From a virus (Duplodnaviria > Caudoviricetes): a DNA stretch of 33,572 nucleotides. Position 1 is the first letter of the stretch. Each line of letters starts with the position of its first letter. A program made the position numbers and the translations under genes. The stretch covers positions 1-33,572 of the IMG/VR virus record IMGVR_UViG_3300032305_001370. One strand, written 5' to 3'. Below the pieces are notes generated by a model. The model worked only from the letters and a program-made list of their open reading frames with translations, was not told the DNA's origin and did not search any database. Positions 1-8,284 of this stretch are shown piece by piece.

Positions 1-14
1 ATACCCCGTCAATT

Positions 15-36
15 CCCCCCCCCCCCCCCCCCCCCC
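15..36. repeat. Poly-C homopolymer (22 C) upstream of the recombinase gene
   Basis: Read directly; ends 23 nt before ATG 60. Confidence 0.9.
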
Positions 37-59
37 AAGTTTCCTAGGTTCCGCAGGCC

Positions 60-935
60 ATGTTCCGCAGGGCCGGTCCAGAAACGCTGGGCGATTACGC
101 ACGCCGCGGGTATTCACTGACCCGCGACGTGAAGGCGGGGACGCTGCGCCAATACGTCATTGTGGCGGATTTGGTGGAGCGATGGGCCGGCCGGCCGGTC
201 CGGCTCGACGAGCTGGACGAGCGGAGCGTCTCCGAGTGGCTGCGGGACTACTCGGCCACGGTGAAGCCCCACACCGTGAAGGGCAAAAAGGCCATGCTCC
301 TGGCCTTGTGGCGAGCGGCCGCAGATGACGGGCTGGCTTCCGAGCCCTCCTCCCGCCGGGTCCGCCGGGTCCGGGTGCCTGAACTGGTCCCCACGGCCTG
401 GACGAAGGCCGAGGTCGAGCGGCTCTTGTCGGCGGCCGCCAAACTGCCAAGGAAACACCGCTGCGGCCTCTCTAGGGCTGTCTGGTGGGATCTGGCCATA
501 CGGGTCGCCTGGGACTCCGGCCTCCGCTGGGCCGATCTGGTGGCTCTCCGGGTGGACGCGATCGGGGAGGACGGGGCCGCCGCGGTCACGCAGAACAAGA
601 CTGCGAAGGTGTCCTCCTTCCGGCTGTCGGCCACCACTATGGCCGCCCTGCGGGCCACGCTGGCCGCCAGACCCCGGGAACTGGTCTGCCCGTGGCCGGC
701 CTCGGGCGAGACGTTCCGCGACCAGGTCCTCCGGCTGGTCGCGAAGGCCGGGATCCGGGCCGGGACCTGGCGGTGGATCCGCCGCGGGTCTGGGACGGAC
801 GTGGAACAACAGCTCGACGGGGCAGGGCACCGCCACCTCGGAAACACCCGCCGTGTCTTCGACCAGTCCTATGGCGACCCCACGATCATCGGCCGGCAGA
901 TCCCGACTCCGCGGCCCCTGGCGGGATTGAACTAG
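60..935 (+). CDS. Tyrosine recombinase/integrase-like protein (atypical catalytic set)
   Basis: DSGLRWADL (box I Arg), KTAK (Lys), WRWIRRG (HxxR box), HLGN, C-terminal Tyr (FDQSY); N-terminal core-binding-like region. Confidence 0.8.
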   Translation: MFRRAGPETLGDYARRGYSLTRDVKAGTLRQYVIVADLVERWAGRPVRLDELDERSVSEWLRDYSATVKPHTVKGKKAMLLALWRAAADDGLASEPSSRRVRRVRVPELVPTAWTKAEVERLLSAAAKLPRKHRCGLSRAVWWDLAIRVAWDSGLRWADLVALRVDAIGEDGAAAVTQNKTAKVSSFRLSATTMAALRATLAARPRELVCPWPASGETFRDQVLRLVAKAGIRAGTWRWIRRGSGTDVEQQLDGAGHRHLGNTRRVFDQSYGDPTIIGRQIPTPRPLAGLN

Positions 936-1004
936 GCGACCTTGAGGGGCCGGTGGATGCCGGGGCGGCGTAGCGGTAGAGTCTTCACCCGATCGGAGGT
1001 TCCC

Positions 1005-1379
1005 ATGTTGGACTGGTTGTTTGCGGCGTTCAAGCCAAAGCCATCGCGTCGAAAAAAAATCATGGACGGGCTCTGGTATCGGACGTCGAGCGACTACGAC
1101 GTCATTGTCGAGGCGTCGCCCAAGTTCACGGAAGACCAGGAGGACGCCGACCCGATTTCGACGGACAGCCGGGCGGAGTTTAAGCGGTGCAACATCGACG
1201 TCCGCAACTGCCACAACGAAGGTGAAGCCACCGCAATAAGAACAGTGCTTTGGAACATGGACCTGTTTTGCCCCAAGTGCAACGAAAACACAGCCTGCGA
1301 CGACGACCGCTGCCCGTTCTGCAACGCCAGGCTGTGGCGTGAGCGGCTGACCTTCACCCTGCAGCACGTCGCCAAGTAG
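1005..1379 (+). CDS. Hypothetical protein with C-terminal Zn-ribbon (CPKC...CPFC)
   Basis: GGAGGT RBS at 995-1000 favours ATG 1005 over 942; two CxxC pairs. Confidence 0.7.
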   Translation: MLDWLFAAFKPKPSRRKKIMDGLWYRTSSDYDVIVEASPKFTEDQEDADPISTDSRAEFKRCNIDVRNCHNEGEATAIRTVLWNMDLFCPKCNENTACDDDRCPFCNARLWRERLTFTLQHVAK

Positions 1380-1387
1380 CACGGCCC

Positions 1388-1567
1388 ATGCGGATCGAAA
1401 CCGACGACTACGTCACCTGCACCAACGCCGCCAAGCTGGCCGGCTGCTCGAGGCAGTGGATGCGCCGTCTGGCCGAGGAGGGCCGGGTCCGGTCGGTCGT
1501 GATCGACGGCCTCTTGTTCATCCACAAGGCCGACGCCCTCAAGTTGTCACCTGACAACGGCCGATAG
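1388..1567 (+). CDS. Small HTH DNA-binding protein, excisionase/HTH_17-like (59 aa)
   Basis: Manual translation MRIETDDYVTCTNAAKLAGCSRQWMRRLAEEGRVRSVVIDGLLFIHKADALKLSPDNGR; excisionase-type pattern; downstream of the integrase; not in the ORF track. Confidence 0.75.
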   Translation: MRIETDDYVTCTNAAKLAGCSRQWMRRLAEEGRVRSVVIDGLLFIHKADALKLSPDNGR

Positions 1568-1587
1568 GCTTGTTGTCACCTGACAAC
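1543..1587. promoter_or_regulatory. Two identical 16-bp palindromes GTTGTCA-CC-TGACAAC (1543-1558, 1572-1587); putative operator or recombination sites
   Basis: Exact repeat with 7-bp inverted arms, seen directly. Confidence 0.7.
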
Positions 1588-1605
1588 CACGCCAAGGAGG
1601 GCACC

Positions 1606-1677
1606 ATGACCGCCGAACTGTTCGTCCAGCTTGCTATCGTCCTGCTACGGATCTTCGCCGCGGGCCTCGCCGGCTAG
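1606..1677 (+). CDS. 23-aa hydrophobic peptide MTAELFVQLAIVLLRIFAAGLAG
   Basis: Strong AAGGAGG RBS at 1594-1600; single-TM-like; stop overlaps the stop of the convergent gene. Confidence 0.55.
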   Translation: MTAELFVQLAIVLLRIFAAGLAG

Positions 1678-2060
1678 CGCTGACCCTGCCGGGCCACCCA
1701 CATCGCCCGCCGCATGGCGATGCGTTCTTCAACGCCCGCGAACCACATGGCGAACATTTCCATCACCACGGCGGACACCAGCAGGTCGAGCGTCCGCATG
1801 GTATTGCCGTCGGTGCCGAACCGGGCCTCTAGGTCTTCTCGGACCTTGGCCTCGAGTACGGCGATCGTGTCGAGCCAGAACGCGGACGCATCGAGGCGGC
1901 GCGCGAGATCGGCCATCCAGCGTTGGGGCCAGAAATAACAGACGGTGGTCGTGACCTCGTCGCAGGCGTCGGCGAGACCGTCCGCCTGGTGGCCCATGCG
2001 GCGGCGGACCTCGTCACGCAGATCACAGAGGGGAGTTTCCACCGCCGAGGCATCGCCCAC
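1674..2060 (-). CDS. Hypothetical protein, last gene of the late operon
   Basis: Protein-like composition; GGAGG upstream; tight packing. Confidence 0.7.
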   Translation of the reverse strand: MGDASAVETPLCDLRDEVRRRMGHQADGLADACDEVTTTVCYFWPQRWMADLARRLDASAFWLDTIAVLEAKVREDLEARFGTDGNTMRTLDLLVSAVVMEMFAMWFAGVEERIAMRRAMWVARQGQR

Positions 2061-2062
2061 CG

Positions 2063-2425
2063 CTACCTCCCGCCCGCAGGCTGGGCCGGTAGAACTGTCG
2101 CGGGCGATGCCCCGGGGGCGGGGCAGCGGCCGTCAGGACAAGCCTCGGCCGCCTTGGGGGCCTTGCAGGGGCATGTGGCCGGGCACGGGCAGGCCACGCG
2201 GTGGCCGTCTGGCATGACGAGATAGCCCCGCCCGCCGCACTCGCCGCAGCACTTGCCGGGCGTCGGGGCTGGCGGCTTGGGGCCGGGCGTGGGGGCCGGG
2301 GCGTCGATCGCCAGGCTAGCCCGGGCCGCGGCCACTGCCGCGGCGGCCTTGGGTCGCTCGAGGTCCACGGCGGCCGGGTCGGCCGACAGCCAGACGAGCC
2401 ACGACATGAGCCAGCGCCACAACAT
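2063..2425 (-). CDS. Membrane-anchored/secreted Pro- and Cys-rich protein (possible lysis accessory)
   Basis: Hydrophobic Trp-rich N-terminus, Pro linker, CCGECGG...CPCPATCPC. Confidence 0.65.
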   Translation of the reverse strand: MLWRWLMSWLVWLSADPAAVDLERPKAAAAVAAARASLAIDAPAPTPGPKPPAPTPGKCCGECGGRGYLVMPDGHRVACPCPATCPCKAPKAAEACPDGRCPAPGASPATVLPAQPAGGR

Positions 2426-2426
2426 G

Positions 2427-2681
2427 TCACCACCCCCGTCGGTGTTCGACCATGCGGAACCCGTCCTCGCCCACGCGGGCCTCGGCGTGCCGCGTCTCGA
2501 CCTCGGCCGGCGGCGGGTCGGCCACGATGGCGATCCACAAGAGCCGCTTGGCGGCCCCGGCGATCCACGTCACGACCGGCCGGTCCTTGTGGGGAGACCA
2601 CGACGCGGCCGAGCTGGCCGACCAGTAGCCCAACACAAACCCGATCACGATTACGGCGGTCGTCTTGCGGTCAAACGTCAT
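2427..2681 (-). CDS. Small membrane protein (84 aa)
   Basis: ATG 2681 overlaps the upstream stop (ATGA); hydrophobic segments TTAVIVIGFVLGYW and LLWIAIVA. Confidence 0.65.
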   Translation of the reverse strand: MTFDRKTTAVIVIGFVLGYWSASSAASWSPHKDRPVVTWIAGAAKRLLWIAIVADPPPAEVETRHAEARVGEDGFRMVEHRRGW

Positions 2682-3793
2682 GGTGTGAGATGGGAAAGGG
2701 TTTCGATGGGTCCGGGGGCGAGCCAGTTCCCGTGGTGCAAGTCGCGCCACTTAAAACCGGTCTTTACGTCGCCAATGGCATACGAGTCGTTCTGTCTCAG
2801 AATCCTCTCAACAACCTCGCGCGTGGCCCAGAAGCTGCCGTCGGGCTGGTCGGCCGGGTACTTGCCGGCGTAGGAGATCCAGCGGGTGCCCCAGCTGTTC
2901 AGGACCAGGGCGGCGTCCATCGGCTTGACGCCCGGCGGCGACTTGTCGGCAAAGCGCACCGCTACGATGCACATCTGGTGCATCCACTGGCCCTGGGCCT
3001 GCAGCGCGCCGACCTCATCGGTCCGGCTGGCGAATCCAACGTTTGACGCGATGGTCACCGGAAAGCCGGAGGTGATCGCGGCCACCAGCTCGTCCCACGT
3101 CTTGACGGCCACCACATGCCGCGCGGGGTGTTTCTTGGCGATCGTGTCCAGCCGGCCCTTATCGCCCTGGCCGCCCGCGCCATAGTTGCCCCACGCTTTG
3201 GCCCGGTCGGCGGAGTAGGTCGTTAGGTCGTACCCCAAGTCCGGGAAGGGCTGCCGATAGACGACGCCCCAGTCCCGCAGCCAGCGGGCCGCGGCCCCGC
3301 CGTAGCTCCCATCGCTCCACCCGCCCGACCCTTCGGGCTTGTTGCGGGCCTCCACCCGGCTGCCGCCGTAGATCGCCTCGGTCGATGGGACCATGGGCGG
3401 CTCGGCCATCTGACCGAGATCCCACGAGATCGCTTCCGAACACCAGACCGCGTGCATGGCACCCCACGCCACGCAGTCGCCGATCCCCTGCTTCTCGCAG
3501 ACCCACGGTTTCCCGTAGCGGGCCTGGTGGGCCTTGGCCATGGCCCGGTACAGAAACGTGTCGACGTGCTGGGCCTTCTCCATGGCTTCGGGTGCGGCCT
3601 GGCTGAAATACCGCCGCTCGCCCAGCTCGTCGAGGAACTCGGCCACGCCCTCGGGGTTGGGCTGCCAGCCAAACGATTCGCTCACCGTACCGACGGCCGA
3701 CCGGCGCGTGGCGTCCAGATAGACGAACACGCCCACGACGATCAGGAACAGCGTGACGAACAGCCGGATGGCGTTGGATTCAGCGCGTGACAA
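2678..3793 (-). CDS. Papain-like (C1-type) cysteine peptidase with N-terminal TM anchor; candidate endolysin
   Basis: QGIGDCVAWG (Gln/Cys), WMHQM (His), LNSWG (Asn); TM LFVTLFLIVVGVFVYL; start uncertain (TTG 3793 vs 3865). Confidence 0.8.
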   Translation of the reverse strand: MSRAESNAIRLFVTLFLIVVGVFVYLDATRRSAVGTVSESFGWQPNPEGVAEFLDELGERRYFSQAAPEAMEKAQHVDTFLYRAMAKAHQARYGKPWVCEKQGIGDCVAWGAMHAVWCSEAISWDLGQMAEPPMVPSTEAIYGGSRVEARNKPEGSGGWSDGSYGGAAARWLRDWGVVYRQPFPDLGYDLTTYSADRAKAWGNYGAGGQGDKGRLDTIAKKHPARHVVAVKTWDELVAAITSGFPVTIASNVGFASRTDEVGALQAQGQWMHQMCIVAVRFADKSPPGVKPMDAALVLNSWGTRWISYAGKYPADQPDGSFWATREVVERILRQNDSYAIGDVKTGFKWRDLHHGNWLAPGPIETLSHLTP

Positions 3794-4337
3794 CGGTGGC
3801 CGCCTCCGAGATCTCGCGGAGGGCCTTGACCCACGCCGCCCGGGCCGCCTCGTCAATCGGGCCACCGGACGTGCCCACGGCCGCCTCGAGGTGCTTGGCG
3901 ATCGCGTCCCGGGCTGCGGGCTGCCGCTGGCCGATCGAGACGCCTCGGCACCGCAGCTCGCGGGCCGCCTGCCGCAGCTCGTCCACAGCCACGCCCGTCC
4001 GCCACCGGGGCTGCTCTTGCGTGCCGTCCCAGGCGATCTCGTCGGCCAACTCGCCGGTCAGGGCCGCCACCACGGCGGCGTCCTCGGCCCCGGTCGGGCC
4101 AGTGAACAGGCCCCGCAGCTCGAGCTGGCCTGGGGCCGGCTCGGGGCCGGGGGCCGGCGTCACCGGGCTGCCCAGGTTAAACGCCACGACGGCCCCGATC
4201 AGCAGTCCCGCCGCCGCCACCTGCCGCCAAGACAACTCCGGCACCGGCAGCAGGGTGGCCCAGTCGGTGACCTTCTGCCAAAGGTCTTTCCCGCCCAGGA
4301 CCAAGGCGGCGGCAATGATCAGCGCGGCAGTCAGCAT
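3780..4337 (-). CDS. Membrane protein with two N-terminal hydrophobic segments
   Basis: ATG 4337 overlaps the upstream stop; MLTAALIIAAALVLGG and VAAAGLLIGAVVAF. Confidence 0.7.
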   Translation of the reverse strand: MLTAALIIAAALVLGGKDLWQKVTDWATLLPVPELSWRQVAAAGLLIGAVVAFNLGSPVTPAPGPEPAPGQLELRGLFTGPTGAEDAAVVAALTGELADEIAWDGTQEQPRWRTGVAVDELRQAARELRCRGVSIGQRQPAARDAIAKHLEAAVGTSGGPIDEAARAAWVKALREISEAATVVTR

Positions 4338-4705
4338 CAGGAAGCCCTCACCATTGGCAGGATCTGCTCCACGGCCCCGCTGGCCAGGGCCAGCACCAGC
4401 GAACGCACGGCCGGCCGGGCCAGCACCCAGAACGGCCAAGCCAGCGTCGGGATCGCCTTGTCGGCCACGGCGTCGAACAGGGCCGCGGCGGCCTCCATTA
4501 CGACGGCCTTTTTCTGCTCGCCCGGCACGTTCAGCACGTCGACCGTCTGAACGGACAGCCGGAGCAGGCCCACCAGCAGTTCGCCAAACTCGGCCCACGT
4601 CAGGCCGTCGGCCGCCGCCAGCTTGGCGGTCAGGACGTAGGCCCGGGCGGCGTTCACCACGTCGGTAAATCGGCTCGCGGCGGACAATGGCGCGTCGGCG
4701 ATCAT
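4337..4705 (-). CDS. Hypothetical hydrophobic protein, possible holin
   Basis: Coupled start/stop; hydrophobic helices; upstream of the peptidase. Confidence 0.55.
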   Translation of the reverse strand: MIADAPLSAASRFTDVVNAARAYVLTAKLAAADGLTWAEFGELLVGLLRLSVQTVDVLNVPGEQKKAVVMEAAAALFDAVADKAIPTLAWPFWVLARPAVRSLVLALASGAVEQILPMVRAS

Positions 4706-5163
4706 GCTTTCACTCCCACGATGTAGACCTCGACGCTGACGGCAGACGCCCCGGCGTTGGTCAGGGTCAGCGATGTCTCGGACCAGCCGGCCGCGGTGCT
4801 GCTCGCCAGCACCACACCGCCAGCATTCAGCGTGGCGGTGACCGACGTCCCAAGGGCCACGGCCAGGCCGATGGTCGTCGACCGGTTGCGGACCAGCAGC
4901 AGCTTTTGCCGGTCCATGTCGAGCGTGCCGGCCGTGCCGAACACGTTCATCGGCAGGGCCGTCAGGTTGATGGTCGTGGTGCTGGCGGCCGACACGCTGA
5001 CCAGATCCCGCCAGTAGGCGTTGGCCTGGCCGGTGCCGGTGCCGTTTTCAAACGCAAACGACGCCAGGGCCGTGGTGGCGTCGGTGACCGTCGAAGCGTC
5101 GAGCGGCTCGACCCAGACGGGCGAGATCCGCAGCGACCCGACCATGGAAAACGTGGACGCCAT
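4702..5163 (-). CDS. Beta-rich putative virion protein (paralog of 5167-5706)
   Basis: FENGTGTGQAN and RQKLLLVRNRST motifs shared with the neighbour. Confidence 0.7.
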   Translation of the reverse strand: MASTFSMVGSLRISPVWVEPLDASTVTDATTALASFAFENGTGTGQANAYWRDLVSVSAASTTTINLTALPMNVFGTAGTLDMDRQKLLLVRNRSTTIGLAVALGTSVTATLNAGGVVLASSTAAGWSETSLTLTNAGASAVSVEVYIVGVKA

Positions 5164-5166
5164 GCG

Positions 5167-5706
5167 TTACGACCCCGTGGGGCCGGTTACGGTCGGCCCG
5201 GTGACGCTGGTCCCCATCAGGTAGAGCGAGTAGTTGACGCCCGTGGGGTTGGGGTTGGAGATCGAGACGTTGGAGTTGTCCGCCGTCACCTGCCAGCCGT
5301 TCAAGTAGTTGACGGCGTGCCACTCGCTTCCCGGCCCCACCTCGGCGGCGTAGATCGACGTCGGCGAGCCCGGGTTCACGCCCACAAACAACTTGCGCCC
5401 CGGCACCGTCGACTCGTTGACGACCCGGATCGCCCGCAGCTGCCGGAACGTGAACGCGACCTCCACGCCCAGCGTGGGCTGGTCGAGGTTCAACAGGTCG
5501 AACGTCTCCATCGTGTTTCCCGGGATCGTCCGGGTCTCGGCGTAGACGAGGTCGGCCTGGCCGGCCCCGGCCCCGTCGGTGAACTGGTAGTTCGTTACCT
5601 TGCTGGCCGTGTTGGCGATCGTGCCCAGTTCCTGCGTGTCGGTCCTGGTGAACAGGAACACCGTCCGCAGCGTGCCGGTCAGCTCGTCGCTCAGGCTTTC
5701 AGCCAT
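5167..5706 (-). CDS. Beta-rich putative virion protein with C-terminal TGPTVTGPTGS tail
   Basis: FTDGAGAGQAD, RQLRAIRVVNEST; Thr/Gly tail. Confidence 0.7.
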   Translation of the reverse strand: MAESLSDELTGTLRTVFLFTRTDTQELGTIANTASKVTNYQFTDGAGAGQADLVYAETRTIPGNTMETFDLLNLDQPTLGVEVAFTFRQLRAIRVVNESTVPGRKLFVGVNPGSPTSIYAAEVGPGSEWHAVNYLNGWQVTADNSNVSISNPNPTGVNYSLYLMGTSVTGPTVTGPTGS

Positions 5707-5935
5707 CGAACACCCCCATCACGATGGCCTTGGCGAGCGTGGCGGGCTTGACGCCCAGCCGGAACGCGGCCAGCTCGAGGGCGGCGCGCGACTGCGGGTC
5801 GGGCTTGCGGCTCGTCAGCTTGCCCCACGTCGCCTGGCTGGGGCTGAACAGCTTGGCGAACGACGTCGAGTCGCCGGGGGCCGCGATGGCCTCCCGGCGT
5901 CCGCCGCTGTATCGGAAATGAGCGTCTGCGATCAC
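5699..5935 (-). CDS. Small hypothetical protein
   Basis: GTG start with GGAGG RBS; downstream of a promoter motif. Confidence 0.6.
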   Translation of the reverse strand: MIADAHFRYSGGRREAIAAPGDSTSFAKLFSPSQATWGKLTSRKPDPQSRAALELAAFRLGVKPATLAKAIVMGVFDG

Positions 5936-5953
5936 GTCAGCCTCCGCCCCGTC

Positions 5954-5986
5954 ACGCTACGACGGGCGGCGGCCAACTCGCAGGGG
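5954..5986 (-). promoter_or_regulatory. Putative late promoter CCCCTGCG-N19-TAGCGT
   Basis: One of five intergenic copies of a bipartite motif. Confidence 0.6.
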
Positions 5987-6631
5987 CTATGGTGCCTCGA
6001 CCTCGGCCAGACACGCGGCGTAGCCGGCCAGGTCCACGGGTCCGTCCGCGGTCTTGCTTGGCCCCATGTAGCGGGCGACCTTGTCCAGCGTCATGATCAC
6101 GGCCCAGTCGGCCTCGGTCAGCGGACGTTTCAGCACCTCGGCGAATGCAGCGTTGATCATGCCGACCGTCCTGGCGAAATGCTTTTTCGGTCCGCCGTAC
6201 TTCGGCCGGCGGTCGCGGATCACCTCGATGGCCGTCAGCAGCAGCCGCTCCGCGGGCGGCGCGTCCTCGTCGGCCGGCGCGGCCATGATGCTATCGCCCC
6301 TGAACCGCGGGGCTGCCTGCTCGGCCTTTAGCGCGGCCTCGCCTCGCAGGATCCAGTCGACCGGAATGCTGGCCGGCTCGTCGACGATTGCCTGAGGGTG
6401 GCATTGGCCGCCGTCGCAGCACTCCTCCCGGCCCGACAGCCGATCTTCCACGGCCCGGCGGAGGGCGGCGTTTTCCTGTTCCAGCGTGTCGATCGTGGCG
6501 GCCATCTCTTTTCGGTCCTCCATCAAGTGGTGACAGTCGGCGGCCAACGCCCCGGCGGTGCCGGTCCACTGGCCCATAAAACGGTTTTTGCGGCGGCGGA
6601 TCTCGGCCAGGTGGCCGTCGTCCAGGATCAT
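5987..6631 (-). CDS. Coiled-coil plus C-terminal DUF6378-like domain protein
   Basis: DRRPKYGGPKKHFAR...MTLDKVARY...DGPVDLAGYAAC pattern. Confidence 0.7.
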   Translation of the reverse strand: MILDDGHLAEIRRRKNRFMGQWTGTAGALAADCHHLMEDRKEMAATIDTLEQENAALRRAVEDRLSGREECCDGGQCHPQAIVDEPASIPVDWILRGEAALKAEQAAPRFRGDSIMAAPADEDAPPAERLLLTAIEVIRDRRPKYGGPKKHFARTVGMINAAFAEVLKRPLTEADWAVIMTLDKVARYMGPSKTADGPVDLAGYAACLAEVEAP

Positions 6632-7707
6632 GAGGCGGCCCGCTTCAAGTCGCGGTCACAGAACAACGGTTTGGCGTCGGTGACCTCGCGGCGCTCGTGG
6701 TCCACCACAACGAACGCCTGGCAGGGCGGCTCGTAGCTCGCCTTGATTCGCGTGGCGTAGGCGGAGTGGCCGATAAGGCTTCCGTTGGAGACGTAGCGGC
6801 CGGCCCGCAGCCATGAGAACTGGTGCCAGTGGCCGAACACCGTCAGGTCGGCCCGGTCGATCCGATCCCAAGCGGCGATCGCCTTGTTCGTCGGGATCGT
6901 GATGCCCCCCACGCCGCCGCCATAGGAGACGGCGTGGCCATGGTGGAACCGCACGCGAAACCCGTCCAGTTCGACCACGTTTAGGTAGCCCTCGCCCACC
7001 TGCCAGCGCACGTTTTTCTTGGTCTCCTGGCCGGCCATCGTCAGATACATGTGTTGCTCGAACGAGTGGTCTAGCTCCGTCCCGATCCGCAGCTTTTCGG
7101 TTGACCGGCCGTGGTTGCCGCTGTTGGTGGCCACGACCACCTCGGGCGTCATGTCGGCCACCATGTCGAGGAAGCCGCGGATCCGCTCGCCGGCCCACCG
7201 GATCGCCGACAGCGGCGGCAGTTGGGCCATCTCAGCGGTGTCAGGGTGGATATGGCCACTCAGGAAGTCGCCGCCCAACCAGACGACCACCCGCGGCACC
7301 TTGACCAGCTGCCGCTGGTGCTCGAGCAGGACGGCGAACCGCTCCGACAACTCGGCAATCCGCCGGTCGGCCACGTCTAGGTCGTAATCGTTCAGGCCGT
7401 TGACCGTGGCCGGGTCCACCCGTTCTTCAACGTGCCAGTCCGACAGGGCCACGATCACCGTAGCCGATCCCTTGACACTTTTGGTCAGGCGGCCGGGCTT
7501 GGCGGGCTTGGCCTTGATGCCGGCCATGCCGGCGATGGCGTCCGCCCGCTCTCGCTCGCGGTCGATCTGGGCCAGCGCCGCCTTATAGCGTCCCTTCAGG
7601 CTGGCCACCTCGCTGCGGAGGCGGGCGATCTCGGCATCGGCCGCCAGGCGGTCGACGCTGGCCAGCTCGTCCCCGACCTGGTCGATCAGTTTTTTGTCTG
7701 CAGCCAT
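6628..7707 (-). CDS. Calcineurin-like metallophosphoesterase with N-terminal coiled coil
   Basis: SDWH, GGDFL, GNHGR, FHHGH and GHWH metal-binding motifs. Confidence 0.85.
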   Translation of the reverse strand: MAADKKLIDQVGDELASVDRLAADAEIARLRSEVASLKGRYKAALAQIDRERERADAIAGMAGIKAKPAKPGRLTKSVKGSATVIVALSDWHVEERVDPATVNGLNDYDLDVADRRIAELSERFAVLLEHQRQLVKVPRVVVWLGGDFLSGHIHPDTAEMAQLPPLSAIRWAGERIRGFLDMVADMTPEVVVATNSGNHGRSTEKLRIGTELDHSFEQHMYLTMAGQETKKNVRWQVGEGYLNVVELDGFRVRFHHGHAVSYGGGVGGITIPTNKAIAAWDRIDRADLTVFGHWHQFSWLRAGRYVSNGSLIGHSAYATRIKASYEPPCQAFVVVDHERREVTDAKPLFCDRDLKRAAS

Positions 7708-7937
7708 GCCTCGACTCCTCGATGGCCGATGTCGATCCCGCGGGCCTTCAGGCTTTTGGACAAAGCAAACGCCAGCCCGGTGCGCGTTGCCTTGGGCATC
7801 GCCCCGGCCTCAAACGCCGCCTTGACCTGCCGCAGCTCGTCCAGCAGGTCGGGCGGCAGCTTTAGGTGCCAGGGCGTGGTTCCCTTCTTGGGGAGGTTGG
7901 CCAGCACATCGTCCATCAGCGGGGCACGCTTTGCCAT
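7686..7937 (-). CDS. Small hypothetical (possible DNA-binding) protein
   Basis: Coupled to both neighbours; basic and helical. Confidence 0.6.
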   Translation of the reverse strand: MAKRAPLMDDVLANLPKKGTTPWHLKLPPDLLDELRQVKAAFEAGAMPKATRTGLAFALSKSLKARGIDIGHRGVEAWLQTKN

Positions 7938-8221
7938 CAGTCCTCCTCGTCTTCAGGCCGGCGGAAGCGTTCCGCATCCAGCACGGCGGTCAGGGTTTCA
8001 GAAAACTCCTCCACGCTTGACTCCAAGAGATCTGGCCACCGGGCGTGGATCAGTTCGTGGAGCAGCGTGTCGAGGAGGTCCGTTCCGGCCAAGGTGTGGT
8101 GAATGCGGATCGTCCGGTTCGTGTAGTCGCACTCGCCGTACTTGCCTCGCAGCCTGGCCCGCACGATCTTCCACCGCTGGTCGGCGATGTAGACGGTGCG
8201 AGTCCTGCGAGCCCGTGCCAT
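7937..8221 (-). CDS. Minimal zincin (HEXXH) metallopeptidase-like protein
   Basis: GECDY...TIRI...DTLLHELIHA...EE; GGAGG RBS. Confidence 0.7.
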   Translation of the reverse strand: MARARRTRTVYIADQRWKIVRARLRGKYGECDYTNRTIRIHHTLAGTDLLDTLLHELIHARWPDLLESSVEEFSETLTAVLDAERFRRPEDEED

Positions 8222-8284
8222 CGTGGCCTCCTCTGCTCTGATTCTGCCGCGGCCCGCGTGGCGTCCAACGCCAGTTTCGCCCGC

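Noticed and set aside
49-71. Direct repeat ttccgcagg x2 around the recombinase start
   Set aside because: Only 9 bp; plausible by chance
1543-1587. Palindromic repeat pair as a mini-CRISPR
   Set aside because: Only two 16-bp units with a 13-bp gap; no cas genes
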